NCBI RefSeq assembly: GCF_003231495.1
Contig: NZ_PQWO01000012.1
Span: 1 to 32,000 of the forward strand
Direction: 5' to 3'
Origin: Acaryochloris thomasi RCC1774
GTDB lineage: Bacteria > Cyanobacteriota > Cyanobacteriia > Thermosynechococcales > Thermosynechococcaceae
DNA: 32,000 nucleotides
Numbering within the stretch: position 1 is the first letter of the stretch; every line of letters begins with the position of its first letter. The position numbers were made by a program, and so were the translations under genes. The notes beneath the pieces were generated by a model. It made no database searches, was not told the origin of the DNA, and saw only the letters and a program-made list of their open reading frames with translations. Shown here one piece after another: positions 1 through 9,054 of the stretch.

Positions 1-654
1 TGTCATTTGCATCACCAATGAGGTTGTCGTTGCCATCCCCCGTGATAATGTGCTCAAAATTCTGAAACGATTGCCCCCCTGCCTGGCGATCTCCAACGCC
101 CCCTTGCTCCACAAAGATTGTGAGGTTGCGTCCATCGCTGGGTTCAAATCTGATGGTGTCTTGCCCTGCACCGCCGTCAAATGAGTCTAGACCACTGAAG
201 TTATTGACGATGACCGTATCATCACCAGAACCGCCTGTGAGTGTGTCATCACCCGCACCACCTGTGAGCGTGTCGTCACCTGCACCGCCAGTGAGTGTAT
301 CGTTCCCGGCACCCGCGCTCAGGCTATTGTCATTTGCATCACCAATGAGGTTGTCGTTGCCATCCCCCGTGATAATGTGCTCAAAATTCTGAAACGATTG
401 CCCCCCTGCCTGGCGATCTCCAACGCCCCCTTGCTCCACAAAGATTGTGAGGTTACGTCCATCACTGGGTTCAAATCTGATGGTGTCTTGCCCTGCACCA
501 CCGTCAAATGAGTCTATACTGCTGAAGTTATTAACAATGACCGTATCATCACCCTCACCACCCGCTAGCGTGTCATCACCCGCACCGCCGGTTAGGGTGT
601 CGTTTCCAGCTTCCCCAAGCAGAGAGTCATTTCCTGCTAAGCCACTGATGGTGT
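1..654. repeat. Intragenic tandem duplication with a 327 bp (109 codon) period inside the RTX gene
   Basis: Positions 1-127 are identical to 328-454. The first mismatches are 128 vs 455 (g/a) and 137 vs 464 (g/a). Identity stays high to about nt 190 of each unit, then falls to protein-level GGxGxD similarity. Confidence 0.85.
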
Positions 655-763
655 CTTGGCCGGCTTGGCCGCAAATCACATCTGCACCAGGTGTACCTAG
701 AAGGTCGTCATCACCTTCGGTTCCATTCAGTAAAATTTGATCTGTCGTAGTGGGTGAAGTCAT
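1..763 (-). CDS. RTX-type calcium-binding repeat protein. Only the N-terminal 254 codons are in the window; the ORF runs off the left edge, so it is missing from the supplied ORF track.
   Basis: The reverse-strand frame starts at ATG 761-763 and reads MTSPTTTDQILLNGTEGDDDLLGTPGADVICGQAGQDTISGLAGNDSLLGEAGNDTLTGGAGDDTLAGGEGDDTVIVNNFSSIDSFDGGAGQDTIRFEPSDGRNL... It carries many GGxGxDxUx nonapeptides and has no stop down to position 1. The + strand ORFs 120..392 and 447..740 (SPAPP low complexity) are its antisense shadow. Confidence 0.8.
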   Translation of the reverse strand, partial: MTSPTTTDQILLNGTEGDDDLLGTPGADVICGQAGQDTISGLAGNDSLLGEAGNDTLTGGAGDDTLAGGEGDDTVIVNNFSSIDSFDGGAGQDTIRFEPSDGRNLTIFVEQGGVGDRQAGGQSFQNFEHIITGDGNDNLIGDANDNSLSAGAGNDTLTGGAGDDTLTGGAGDDTLTGGSGDDTVIVNNFSGLDSFDGGAGQDTIRFEPSDGRNLTIFVEQGGVGDRQAGGQSFQNFEHIITGDGNDNLIGDAND

Positions 764-1736
764 GGGAGTTGCTTAATAGATATCGTTTTAGAAAGCTTGC
801 GAGGATCTTCAACCCGAGTTCATCTGAGTCACCTGCCTCTCAAACAAGACTGCAGGAAAAACTTGCCCTTCTTAGAGCTTTACCAAAGCAGAAGGATCGC
901 GATGTCCGTAAGGCTAAAGGATATCCTCACAGGAATTGGGTCTCGGTGCAAATCTGAAGCTACAAGACAGCAGAAATTAATGAAGGTTTGGAAACGGAGT
1001 AGTAGAGCAGAAAGCCAAGTAACGGCCATTTCGCCTAGATATCCCGACATACTTTAGGAGCTATCAGAATAATCTTTCTAACGTAAACCATAAGAAATGC
1101 TTGATAGATCAACGTCTCAAAAAGTGAAGTTATCTGCTAGAGGTGGGATGCCATACTCTGAAATTGGCTTTCTAGGTCGTAGATCGTTCTTCAACCCATT
1201 TCCTGCAGAGCTCTTGCCCAATCGTAGGTTGACCCACCCCATAATCCATGTCAGCAGTCAAGTTTATGCTCTGACCAGAGAAAATTTTAATACAGATTGA
1301 TGGAAAAGACAAATTCTAGCTGTCTTAGGAGGCTCTAAAGAAATGCTGCAAAATAGAGATATGAATTCCAAATTGTTTCTATAAGCTCGATGGACTTAAG
1401 TTAAGGCAAGAAATATCAAGATGCCGCAGCACTCATTGAGGTCGCGTTGCCTTGAGTTTATTGTAATGAAACGTCAATTTTCTGAGAATAATGTGCCTGC
1501 TGGCCTTTCTTGCGTAGCTCAAGCGACAGCACCCTTAGTTGCTATGAACTCTATCCCGCAGTGGGTTCAGCTAGGGACTTAAATCATTGGAAGCACTCAT
1601 GCTTTAGTTCAGCAAGCAGAAGCAGAGTAGCATTGCACAATACTTGCAGCGCTCTAATGGGTAACCGTCTTTAGCCGTTAATCTGTTAAGACAGTAGGCA
1701 GCATATTGAGAAACAGAACATCTATTTACTTTTGGC

Positions 1737-1755
1737 ATTCTTAGGCTCTAAGAAT
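1737..1755 (-). terminator. Weak AT-rich hairpin just downstream of the multi-GAF gene
   Basis: ATTCTTAG-GCT-CTAAGAAT forms a perfect 8 bp stem with a 3 nt loop, 19 nt beyond the stop at 1774. There is no clear U-tract on the minus strand, so terminator function is doubtful. Confidence 0.25.
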
Positions 1756-1773
1756 TAGGCCTATTTTCTGTCT

Positions 1774-4575
1774 CTACACTCTCAAAGACGATTTCAAAGG
1801 CAACATCAGTCGACTGAGGACGCGGCCATCATCAAGCTGGGCAAACTCTAGCTGTCCCCCCAGTCGCTTCATTAATGTTTGACAAGCTCTTAAATGCTTC
1901 CCGGGAGGAGATTTTAGCGTTGGAGCATCTACGTCGCTACGGTTGGTCAGGTCCGCAATCATCTGAGGATTTATAAGTCCCTGATCTGTGATGGATAACT
2001 CTAGCCACTGAGAATCTGCAAGCCGACACCAAATATCTATCCGCTGGCCTGCTTGAGAGCGATAGCAGGCCGCTAGCAAGAGTTCATAGAGTATCTGTTC
2101 TAGCTTGGGGTTAACGCCAGTTGCCGTGGAATTAGACGTGAGATTATGAACCTGGGTCCAGAGTTGGCGTTGATTGGCGAGGGTAGAGACCCTCGCCAAC
2201 GACTGTCTGAGCAGCGAAGCGATAGGGAGTGAGGTTTCCTCAAGAGGGAACTGCTCACTATCGATCTGCATCAACTGCTCGATTTTTTCAATGGCAGCTT
2301 GACTCTTTGCTAACAATGCCTGAGCGGCAGGTGACGCTGCCCCTTGAACTTGCGGGTCTCGCTGGTAGGTTAGTGCCGTTTGGCAGTGCCGTTCGATCTG
2401 TCGGTACTGGTACCAGTTCAGGCAATTCAAAGACTGTAACTGCTTTCTGTTGCGCTTGAGTGACACCATGGAGCGATAGCGACTCGCCAAATGACGGACC
2501 AGCATCGCCGCCCCACCCACAAGCTGAAGATCCCAGGTGCGCGAGTCGCCTCCCGGCCTAAAGTTATTGCCAAAAATGACAGCACCCAGCGACTGATGTT
2601 GATCACTCTCTAGAATTGGTATGGCCAGCACCTGCTCTAGGGCACGACAGTTGAGCCATAGCCGTGTTTCGGGCGTCAAATCCTGAACCGGCACGGCCAC
2701 AATATTCTGCAAGGCATCTTCCTGGATTTGCGGTGGTCCCAGTGTTAGGAGGCTTTGCAGTAAGGCATCCTGGGCCATATCAATAGGCGTATTTTGCGCT
2801 AGATCAAAATCAGGGGGTGAGGCGACGCAGGCCGCAATTTCCGCCTGCCCTCCCTCCCAGAACACCACGGCTGCGGCCGGGACAGACAGCATCTCCACCA
2901 TGTCCTGTAGCGCGTCTGTAACCAGTTGTTTAGGATTAGCGGCCTGATCCTGTCGGATCAAGCTCTGCGGCACAATCGTATTCAGCCTTTTCTGCTGCTG
3001 ATTTTCGACCTGGAGTCGGTGTTGCTGCCGCCCTGCATTCAGAGCCTGACCTACGCGGTCGAGTAGATCACAGTCTGCCGTAGTCCAGGAGCGTGGGGTA
3101 AGACCACCCAGGAGCAAAATCTGATCGAGCTGCTGATCTTGAGTCGTGTGAGATAGCAAAAGTGCTTTGATACCTAAGGCATCAATCTTGGGTTTCCAGG
3201 CCAGTAGCCGTAAATCATCGGTGAGGTTATCAATGGCGATCGCCTGCTCACTGCGTCGGATCATATTCCGGTCCACCTCACTGAGGGGCTGGAATGGGTC
3301 TGTGGAGGGCTTGAGCTTGGGTGTATGGATTTGCTGGACAATTTGAAACTGGCCCGTGCGGGGATCAGGACTTAAAACAGCCATCCACTGAGACTGGAGA
3401 TGGAGACAGACCTGTTCCATGATCTGCTGCTGTGTTTGTGTCCAATCTTGGGACTGGGCGACGGACTGTAGAGTTTGAAAAATCAGGCGATTATGATTAT
3501 TGTTCGATGCACTGGGCAGTCCTTCCTCCATCATGGTTGGAGAAGCGAGATTAGCAAGCTGGGCAAAAGCTTGAATAAGCTGCTTCTCCTGATCCCGCCA
3601 GACTCGAGGCTCTGTACCTTCGACCGCTAAAAATCCACAAAGCTGCTGATTAATCATCAATGGCGCACTGAGGAGCGATCGCCGCCTCATCTGATGCATC
3701 AGTCGAGCGGGAGCTTTTGTACTGACAGTACCCTGAATTTCACTGACGGCCACTACCGGTTCGGTCCGCAGTGCTTGGTGAAAGTGCTGAATATCTGACA
3801 GCGGTACTTCAATCGGGGTTGACCGTTTCCCCCGTGAACGTTTGCTCATTTCAGCTCGATAGAAGAGTCGCTGCCAAAAACATTGCTGCTGGGTGTCTAA
3901 CCAATACAGACTGGTCTGCGCGGGCGACAGAGCCTGATGCAGAAACTGAAGCACGACCGTCAATCGTTCCTCAAAACCGCTGATCAACGTTAGCTGGCCG
4001 ATGGCGGCTTGCAAAGATTGATGTAACTGTCCCGGAGATTGCCCCTGCGGCTGTAGGTCGTGCAGGGCGGCTCCCAATGCACCACAGAGGATAGAGAGGT
4101 GGGTCATCTCTTCCGGGCGTGGGTTGCCACCCCAGTGATGAGATCCCATCAGGATCACGCCGTAAGGCTGATTGTGGTGCCACAGCGGGTAGATTAGGGC
4201 GCCTTCAATCTCTGTGCGGCTGGCGATGGTTTGCCACTGACCGGCTCGCTGATCTTGCTGCAGATCCGCGATGACGGCGGGCTGACCTGTGAGTAAAACC
4301 TGATCAAAGTAATCTCCTGGTAAGACCTTGAGTCCTTGCTGTGCCCAGGCTGTTTTTTCTGTTTTGGGCATGGCGCCATGCACCCCTGTTAGTTCACGCC
4401 GATCGGGGTTGTACGTGGCAATCCAGACTAAAGGATAGGAAAAGACCGCCTGAATAAATTCCAGGGCTAACGCCAACAGCGGTTCTATCTGCTGCTGTAG
4501 CCGAATCTGCTCTAAAGTGGATTGAAGAGCCACGAGCCGCTGTGCGTGTCCGAGCCTTTCTGTACTGAGGGTCAT
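1774..4575 (-). CDS. Multi-GAF sensor protein with a C-terminal histidine-kinase-like core whose ATP-binding motifs are degenerate
   Basis: 933 aa ORF with an ATG start. About 700 aa show repeated GAF-like architecture, followed by a DHp-like helix (YRQIERHCQTAL) and a HATPase_c-like end (RIDIWCRL...LELSITDQGLI...GKHLRACQTLMKRLGGQLEF...GRVLSRLMLPL). The N-box reads ELLLAACYRS instead of NLxxNAxKY, G1 reads DQGLI and G2 reads GKHLRA. Confidence 0.8.
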   Translation of the reverse strand: MTLSTERLGHAQRLVALQSTLEQIRLQQQIEPLLALALEFIQAVFSYPLVWIATYNPDRRELTGVHGAMPKTEKTAWAQQGLKVLPGDYFDQVLLTGQPAVIADLQQDQRAGQWQTIASRTEIEGALIYPLWHHNQPYGVILMGSHHWGGNPRPEEMTHLSILCGALGAALHDLQPQGQSPGQLHQSLQAAIGQLTLISGFEERLTVVLQFLHQALSPAQTSLYWLDTQQQCFWQRLFYRAEMSKRSRGKRSTPIEVPLSDIQHFHQALRTEPVVAVSEIQGTVSTKAPARLMHQMRRRSLLSAPLMINQQLCGFLAVEGTEPRVWRDQEKQLIQAFAQLANLASPTMMEEGLPSASNNNHNRLIFQTLQSVAQSQDWTQTQQQIMEQVCLHLQSQWMAVLSPDPRTGQFQIVQQIHTPKLKPSTDPFQPLSEVDRNMIRRSEQAIAIDNLTDDLRLLAWKPKIDALGIKALLLSHTTQDQQLDQILLLGGLTPRSWTTADCDLLDRVGQALNAGRQQHRLQVENQQQKRLNTIVPQSLIRQDQAANPKQLVTDALQDMVEMLSVPAAAVVFWEGGQAEIAACVASPPDFDLAQNTPIDMAQDALLQSLLTLGPPQIQEDALQNIVAVPVQDLTPETRLWLNCRALEQVLAIPILESDQHQSLGAVIFGNNFRPGGDSRTWDLQLVGGAAMLVRHLASRYRSMVSLKRNRKQLQSLNCLNWYQYRQIERHCQTALTYQRDPQVQGAASPAAQALLAKSQAAIEKIEQLMQIDSEQFPLEETSLPIASLLRQSLARVSTLANQRQLWTQVHNLTSNSTATGVNPKLEQILYELLLAACYRSQAGQRIDIWCRLADSQWLELSITDQGLINPQMIADLTNRSDVDAPTLKSPPGKHLRACQTLMKRLGGQLEFAQLDDGRVLSRLMLPLKSSLRV

Positions 4576-4739
4576 GCGATCAACTTTCAGGTATCGCCTG
4601 CGATGGGGATGCTCGGTCAGAGGAAACGGACCGATTTAACTTTTGCCTAGTGTTGGCTATTCGCGCCCAAACTCTAACAATGAGCTGAAAATTTCTTGAA
4701 AATGACGCTAAAAATGAAATTGTCTACCTTGATGTCTGC

Positions 4740-5666
4740 CTACGAGCCAACTGCTTCAGCCGTAGCCCCCTGATCATCAATCTGGAGAACGGCAGTCTCG
4801 GCGCTCAGTTCTGATGCCCATGCCGATTTCATTGCAGTTGCGATCGCATCTCCCCTCACAACTGGCCCCAGTGCTAACAACGTTGGCCCCGCCCCGCTAA
4901 TGACCATTCCATAGGCCCCCGCCTCAGCTGCCGCATGAGCCACCGCCCCATAGCCTGGAATCAAACCCTGCCGATAGGGCTGATGAAGCCGATCCTGCAG
5001 CGCCGCCCGCAGCCAGTCTGCATGACCTGCCCCTAAGCCCCTAATCAACAGCCCCAGATGAGCGGCGTTGAAAATAGCGGTACTGTATTCACAGGACTTG
5101 GGCAGCACCTGGCGAGCAGAGCAGGTCGGCAGCTCAAAATCAGGAATGGCTACAATCGGGACAACCTCGGGGGACCAAGGCACATCACACAGCGTCCACT
5201 GCTCTGTTTGCTGATCTTTCGCCGCCAGTTGGCAGTTGCCTAGCAGAGCAGGTGCAACATTATCAGGGTGACCTTCTAGGGCGATGGCCTGCGGTAAAAG
5301 CTGTTGCCTCGTCAGGGGCGAACCCGCTAGCGCATTGGCTCCCATTAACCCTGCCACAATGGCCGTTGCCGAACTTCCGAGTCCACGGGCAAGCGGCACC
5401 CCAAGCCGGATCTTGATCTGTACAGGCGGGACCGGTCGGTCTCGGAAATAAGCCACAAAGGCTTTATAAACCAGGTTGCTTGCATCCGTTGCCACCTGTT
5501 GAGCCTCAGCTCCCTGCACCTGAATCTGCAGCGGGCCAACCGCCGGATCAAGAGCTGTAAATTGAAAGCGATTGTAGCGCGTCAGCGCAGCCCCCAAACA
5601 GTCAAAACCAGGACCAATGTTCGCACTGGTGGCAGGCACCTTGACATCAAAGGTTGGATTAGACAT
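4740..5666 (-). CDS. thrB: Homoserine kinase (GHMP kinase family)
   Basis: 308 aa with an ATG start. The N-terminus [21 protein letters not shown] and the GHMP motif [16 protein letters not shown] are classic ThrB signatures. Confidence 0.9.
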   Translation of the reverse strand: MSNPTFDVKVPATSANIGPGFDCLGAALTRYNRFQFTALDPAVGPLQIQVQGAEAQQVATDASNLVYKAFVAYFRDRPVPPVQIKIRLGVPLARGLGSSATAIVAGLMGANALAGSPLTRQQLLPQAIALEGHPDNVAPALLGNCQLAAKDQQTEQWTLCDVPWSPEVVPIVAIPDFELPTCSARQVLPKSCEYSTAIFNAAHLGLLIRGLGAGHADWLRAALQDRLHQPYRQGLIPGYGAVAHAAAEAGAYGMVISGAGPTLLALGPVVRGDAIATAMKSAWASELSAETAVLQIDDQGATAEAVGS

Positions 5667-5933
5667 CTGGTTCTTAATCGCTCAGGCAACGACGGCTCAT
5701 CCGTTCCGCTTTGAGCTTGATCTCAAAGGAGTGGTCGAGGCTGCTTTTTATTAGACCATTAATGTCCCCTTGATTGTGAACCCGCAGCAGCGATTCTCGC
5801 GTGCGCGAGGCTGTCGCGAACAATATTGAACGATCTGCGTCATGGACTGGGCATCACATCCCGTAACTTTCATAGGCCAGTCGCTATGATAATTGGGTAA
5901 AAAACTGTAGGGTATCGATGTCATAGCCGTCTC

Positions 5934-7274
5934 TTGACAGCAATAAGGACTCTTGATGTAGTGTTTCAACGTTTTTCGCCACCCGCTAATCAGCCCAAGT
6001 ATCGCTTTCGCTGTCTATTCTGTGGCGCAGAATATGCCCCCGATCCGTTTCGACTGCACTGCGATCAAGAACATGAACCCTCCCTGCTGCGGGCCGTTTA
6101 TGCCAGCCAGCAGCTCACCGTCAGACCACAGCTTCCTGGACTCTTTCAATTCATTGATTGGTTACCGGTTGAGCAGTACCTATCGAATGTTGGCAAGCCG
6201 ATCACCTACCAAAGTCAAGGTTTAGCTCAGCACCTTGGACTAGAACAGCTTTGGATTAGCTTCAGCGGCTACTGGCCCGAGCGCAATGCTCGCCTATTGA
6301 CCTGCTCGTTCAAAGAACTAGAAGCCGTCACTGTCTTGGCCCGAATTCCCCAAGAGAATCAGCAGGTGCTGGCGATCTCTTCTGCAGGCAATACCGGCAG
6401 GGCCTTTGCTCAGATCTATTCTCGCCACGGCATTCCCCTGTGCCTCGTGATTCCCGAAAAGAGTCTGCCCGCCATCTGGGCCTCTGAATCGTTCAATCCC
6501 TCTGTTCGGCTCGTGATCGTAAACAAGAGCGAAGATTATTTTGACGCGATCCAGCTCGGTCGCTTAATTAGCAAGCTTGACGGTTTTTTCCCTGAGGGCG
6601 GAGCCGCCAACATTGGTCGTCGTGACGGTATGGGACTGACGGTGATTGATGCCGCCGTCACCCTGGGTCGCATTCCTGACCACTATTTTCAGGCCGTCGG
6701 GTCGGGAACGGGCGGCATCGCAGCTTGGGAAGCGAATCTACGGCTGCTCCAGGATGGTCGATTTGGCGAGCAGGCGATGACGCTGCATCTAGCCCAAAAC
6801 GCGCCCTTTACACCGATGGTCGATGCCTGGAAGGCTGGTGAACGGGAGATTGAGGAAATGACAGCCTCCGTTGCCAAGATGCGCATTAATCAAGCCTCTG
6901 CGAAGGTGCTCACCAATCGCCAGCCAGCCTACTCAATTGCGGGGGGTGTTTATGACGCACTAACGGCATCGCAGGGGAGCATGTATGCTGTCACCAATGC
7001 AGAGGCGCAGCAGGCCAGGGCATTGTTTGCAGAGCTAGAGGGTATTGATATTTGTCCTGCTTCAGGGGTGGCCGCCGCCGCTCTATTGCAGGCGGTGCAG
7101 TCTGGTAAGGTGCATAAAGCAGAGACCCTGCTGCTAAATATTACCAGCGGCGGATTTGAACGTTTGCAAACAGAGTGCAAACTCCACTACTTAAAACCCT
7201 CACTGGGAATAGACGCCCAGGCGATTAGCCCTGAGTTCGTGGCCTCGCGGCAAAGCGATTTCTGCCCGGATTAA
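5934..7274 (+). CDS. Threonine-synthase-fold PLP-dependent enzyme, cysteate-synthase-like
   Basis: 446 aa ORF. It has an N-terminal Cys-rich ribbon (YRFRCLFCGAEY...HCDQEH), then WLPV, a putative PLP-lysine motif LTCSFKELEA (not the SFKDRG of canonical ThrC), SSAGNTGRAFA and a phosphate loop AVGSGTGG. The start is uncertain: TTG at 5934, or GTG at 5961 preceded by AAGGA at 5946-5950. No in-frame ATG lies nearby. Confidence 0.75.
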   Translation: MTAIRTLDVVFQRFSPPANQPKYRFRCLFCGAEYAPDPFRLHCDQEHEPSLLRAVYASQQLTVRPQLPGLFQFIDWLPVEQYLSNVGKPITYQSQGLAQHLGLEQLWISFSGYWPERNARLLTCSFKELEAVTVLARIPQENQQVLAISSAGNTGRAFAQIYSRHGIPLCLVIPEKSLPAIWASESFNPSVRLVIVNKSEDYFDAIQLGRLISKLDGFFPEGGAANIGRRDGMGLTVIDAAVTLGRIPDHYFQAVGSGTGGIAAWEANLRLLQDGRFGEQAMTLHLAQNAPFTPMVDAWKAGEREIEEMTASVAKMRINQASAKVLTNRQPAYSIAGGVYDALTASQGSMYAVTNAEAQQARALFAELEGIDICPASGVAAAALLQAVQSGKVHKAETLLLNITSGGFERLQTECKLHYLKPSLGIDAQAISPEFVASRQSDFCPD

Positions 7275-7326
7275 GTTAGAGTTTCGCTGGATGTGTTGGA
7301 GCTGGTAAGGATTTGAGAGGAGACCT

Positions 7327-9033
7327 ATGGCAAATTTTGCTCTGACGATGTTGGGTCTGGTCACCCAATGGTCAAAGAAGAACTTCACTCGTAAAACTCA
7401 AAATATTATTGAGGTGCAGACTGGTTTTTTGCGATCGCTACTCCAGGCTCATCAGAACACCGAATTTGGCCGAGAGTACGGCTTTTCCGAGATTCAGACC
7501 GTTGAACAATTCCGGCAGCAGGTCCCCGTTCAGCCCTACAGCGGCTTTGAACCCTATATTCAGCGGATGGCTGACGGTGAAACGAATGTGCTGACAGCAG
7601 AGCCGCTCATTTACTTCAACATTACCAGCGGTTCTACGGGGCGCAAGAAGCTGATTCCGGTGACGAAGCGATCGCGTCAGATACTCTCTAGAACCAATCG
7701 TGTCGCGGTCGGGATTGTTACAGCCGCCGCAAGACGAGAACAGACGCCCCTTGGCACGGCCCTATTTCCAGGCTCTGTCAATGCCTTAGGCAAAACTAAG
7801 GGAGGTATTCCCTATGCACCTGTGAGTACGAGCGATCTACGTCTAGGCGAGTTCTTGTATCGCCAGGTCGTTGCTTATCCTTCTGACGTGTTCAAAATCT
7901 CAGATATTGCCACTCGACATTATATCTGTCTGCTCTTTTCACTCCGCGATCCTGATATTCGGATTGTCTGTGCAACTTTCCCGGCCCTAGCACTGCTGAT
8001 GTGTGACTATTTAGAGCGGTATTCAGAGTCTCTGATTCGTGATCTAGAGACAGGCCAGCTTGCCGATCACTTGCGGCTTGACCCGGAGTTGCGGATCAAG
8101 CTGGAAAAAGAGTGGTCCGCCGCTCCTCAGCGCTCAGCTCAGCTTAGGCAGATCTTTAAGACCCACGGACGCCTGACGCCGCAGCATGTTTGGCCCCAGC
8201 TGTCCTTTTTGGTGACGGCGCGGGGGGGCACTTCTAATTTCTATTTTCAACGTTTTCCTGAATACTTCGGCGACATCAAAATTTATGGAGGTATCTACTC
8301 CTCTGCAGAAGCGACCTACGGCGTTCATCGAGACTTCGATACGGATGGCGTGATTTTGGCGATTGAAAGTGGCTTCTATGAATTTATCCCAGAGGACCAG
8401 TGGGACGTAGAGCAACCCCAAACGCTCCTGCCCTGGGAGGTTGAGGTGGGGCAGTGCTATCGAATTGTGTTCAGCAACTTTAGTGGATTCTATCGCTATG
8501 ACCTCGGGGACGTGGTCGAAGTCGAAGGGTTCTATGAGCAGACGCCGCTGCTGATTTTTCGCTATCGACGGGGGGGCGTTATGACCTCTGTGGGGGAAAA
8601 AATTACGGAATTTCACGCGCTACAGGTGATGCAAAAACTGCAGAGTGATTTCAACCTCCAGCTAGAGAACTTTTGCTTTACGTTGACCTATGACGCTCCG
8701 GCGCAGTATCTGATCAATATCGAACTGGCGTCTGGTGAGACGTTGACCGATCCGGTTGCGTTTCTCGGTGCGTTTGACGCTACGCTCAAGGAGCTGCACA
8801 CGATGTATGCCCTCAAGCGACGCGATCAGGTGCGGCCGCCCCACCTGCGAATTTTGGCTGCCGGAAGTTTTGAGCAGGTCCGGCAGCGGATGGTTCAGAA
8901 TGGTGCCGCTGAAAGCCAACTCAAAATGCCCCACGTTACTGAAGATCGGGAGTTCCTGGCTGGGGTTACCGTCGCCCAAGAAGTTGACGGCAGTAGAATC
9001 CAGCCCGTTCAAGCTGCTGATAGCAGACGATGA
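7327..9033 (+). CDS. GH3-family acyl-acid amido synthetase (ANL adenylating superfamily)
   Basis: 568 aa with an ATG preceded by GAGAGGAG. All three GH3/ANL motifs are readable: FNITSGSTGRKKLIPVT, YSSAEATYG and YRYDLGDVVEV. It sits 52 nt downstream of the PLP enzyme on the same strand. Confidence 0.85.
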   Translation: MANFALTMLGLVTQWSKKNFTRKTQNIIEVQTGFLRSLLQAHQNTEFGREYGFSEIQTVEQFRQQVPVQPYSGFEPYIQRMADGETNVLTAEPLIYFNITSGSTGRKKLIPVTKRSRQILSRTNRVAVGIVTAAARREQTPLGTALFPGSVNALGKTKGGIPYAPVSTSDLRLGEFLYRQVVAYPSDVFKISDIATRHYICLLFSLRDPDIRIVCATFPALALLMCDYLERYSESLIRDLETGQLADHLRLDPELRIKLEKEWSAAPQRSAQLRQIFKTHGRLTPQHVWPQLSFLVTARGGTSNFYFQRFPEYFGDIKIYGGIYSSAEATYGVHRDFDTDGVILAIESGFYEFIPEDQWDVEQPQTLLPWEVEVGQCYRIVFSNFSGFYRYDLGDVVEVEGFYEQTPLLIFRYRRGGVMTSVGEKITEFHALQVMQKLQSDFNLQLENFCFTLTYDAPAQYLINIELASGETLTDPVAFLGAFDATLKELHTMYALKRRDQVRPPHLRILAAGSFEQVRQRMVQNGAAESQLKMPHVTEDREFLAGVTVAQEVDGSRIQPVQAADSRR

Positions 9034-9054
9034 CAGTGATTTTCTGAGCTGTAA

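Noticed and set aside
141-157. GGTTCAAATC, which resembles a tRNA T-loop, at about 141-150 and again at about 468-477
   Set aside because: No acceptor or anticodon arms can be folded around it. It lies within the duplicated RTX coding unit and encodes part of IRFEP on the minus strand.
120-740. Two + strand ORFs (120..392 and 447..740) encoding SPAPPVSVSS-type low-complexity proteins
   Set aside because: They are the antisense reading of the GGxGxD-rich RTX gene on the minus strand. That gene has a clean ATG at 763 and a recognisable repeat family. The Pro/Ser-rich frames are a compositional shadow of it.
5751-5969. 72 aa minus-strand ORF in the thrB / PLP-enzyme divergent intergenic region
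   Set aside because: It is Cys/Trp-rich with no recognisable motif. It overlaps the start of the PLP-enzyme gene and would leave no promoter space. It is most likely a chance ORF.
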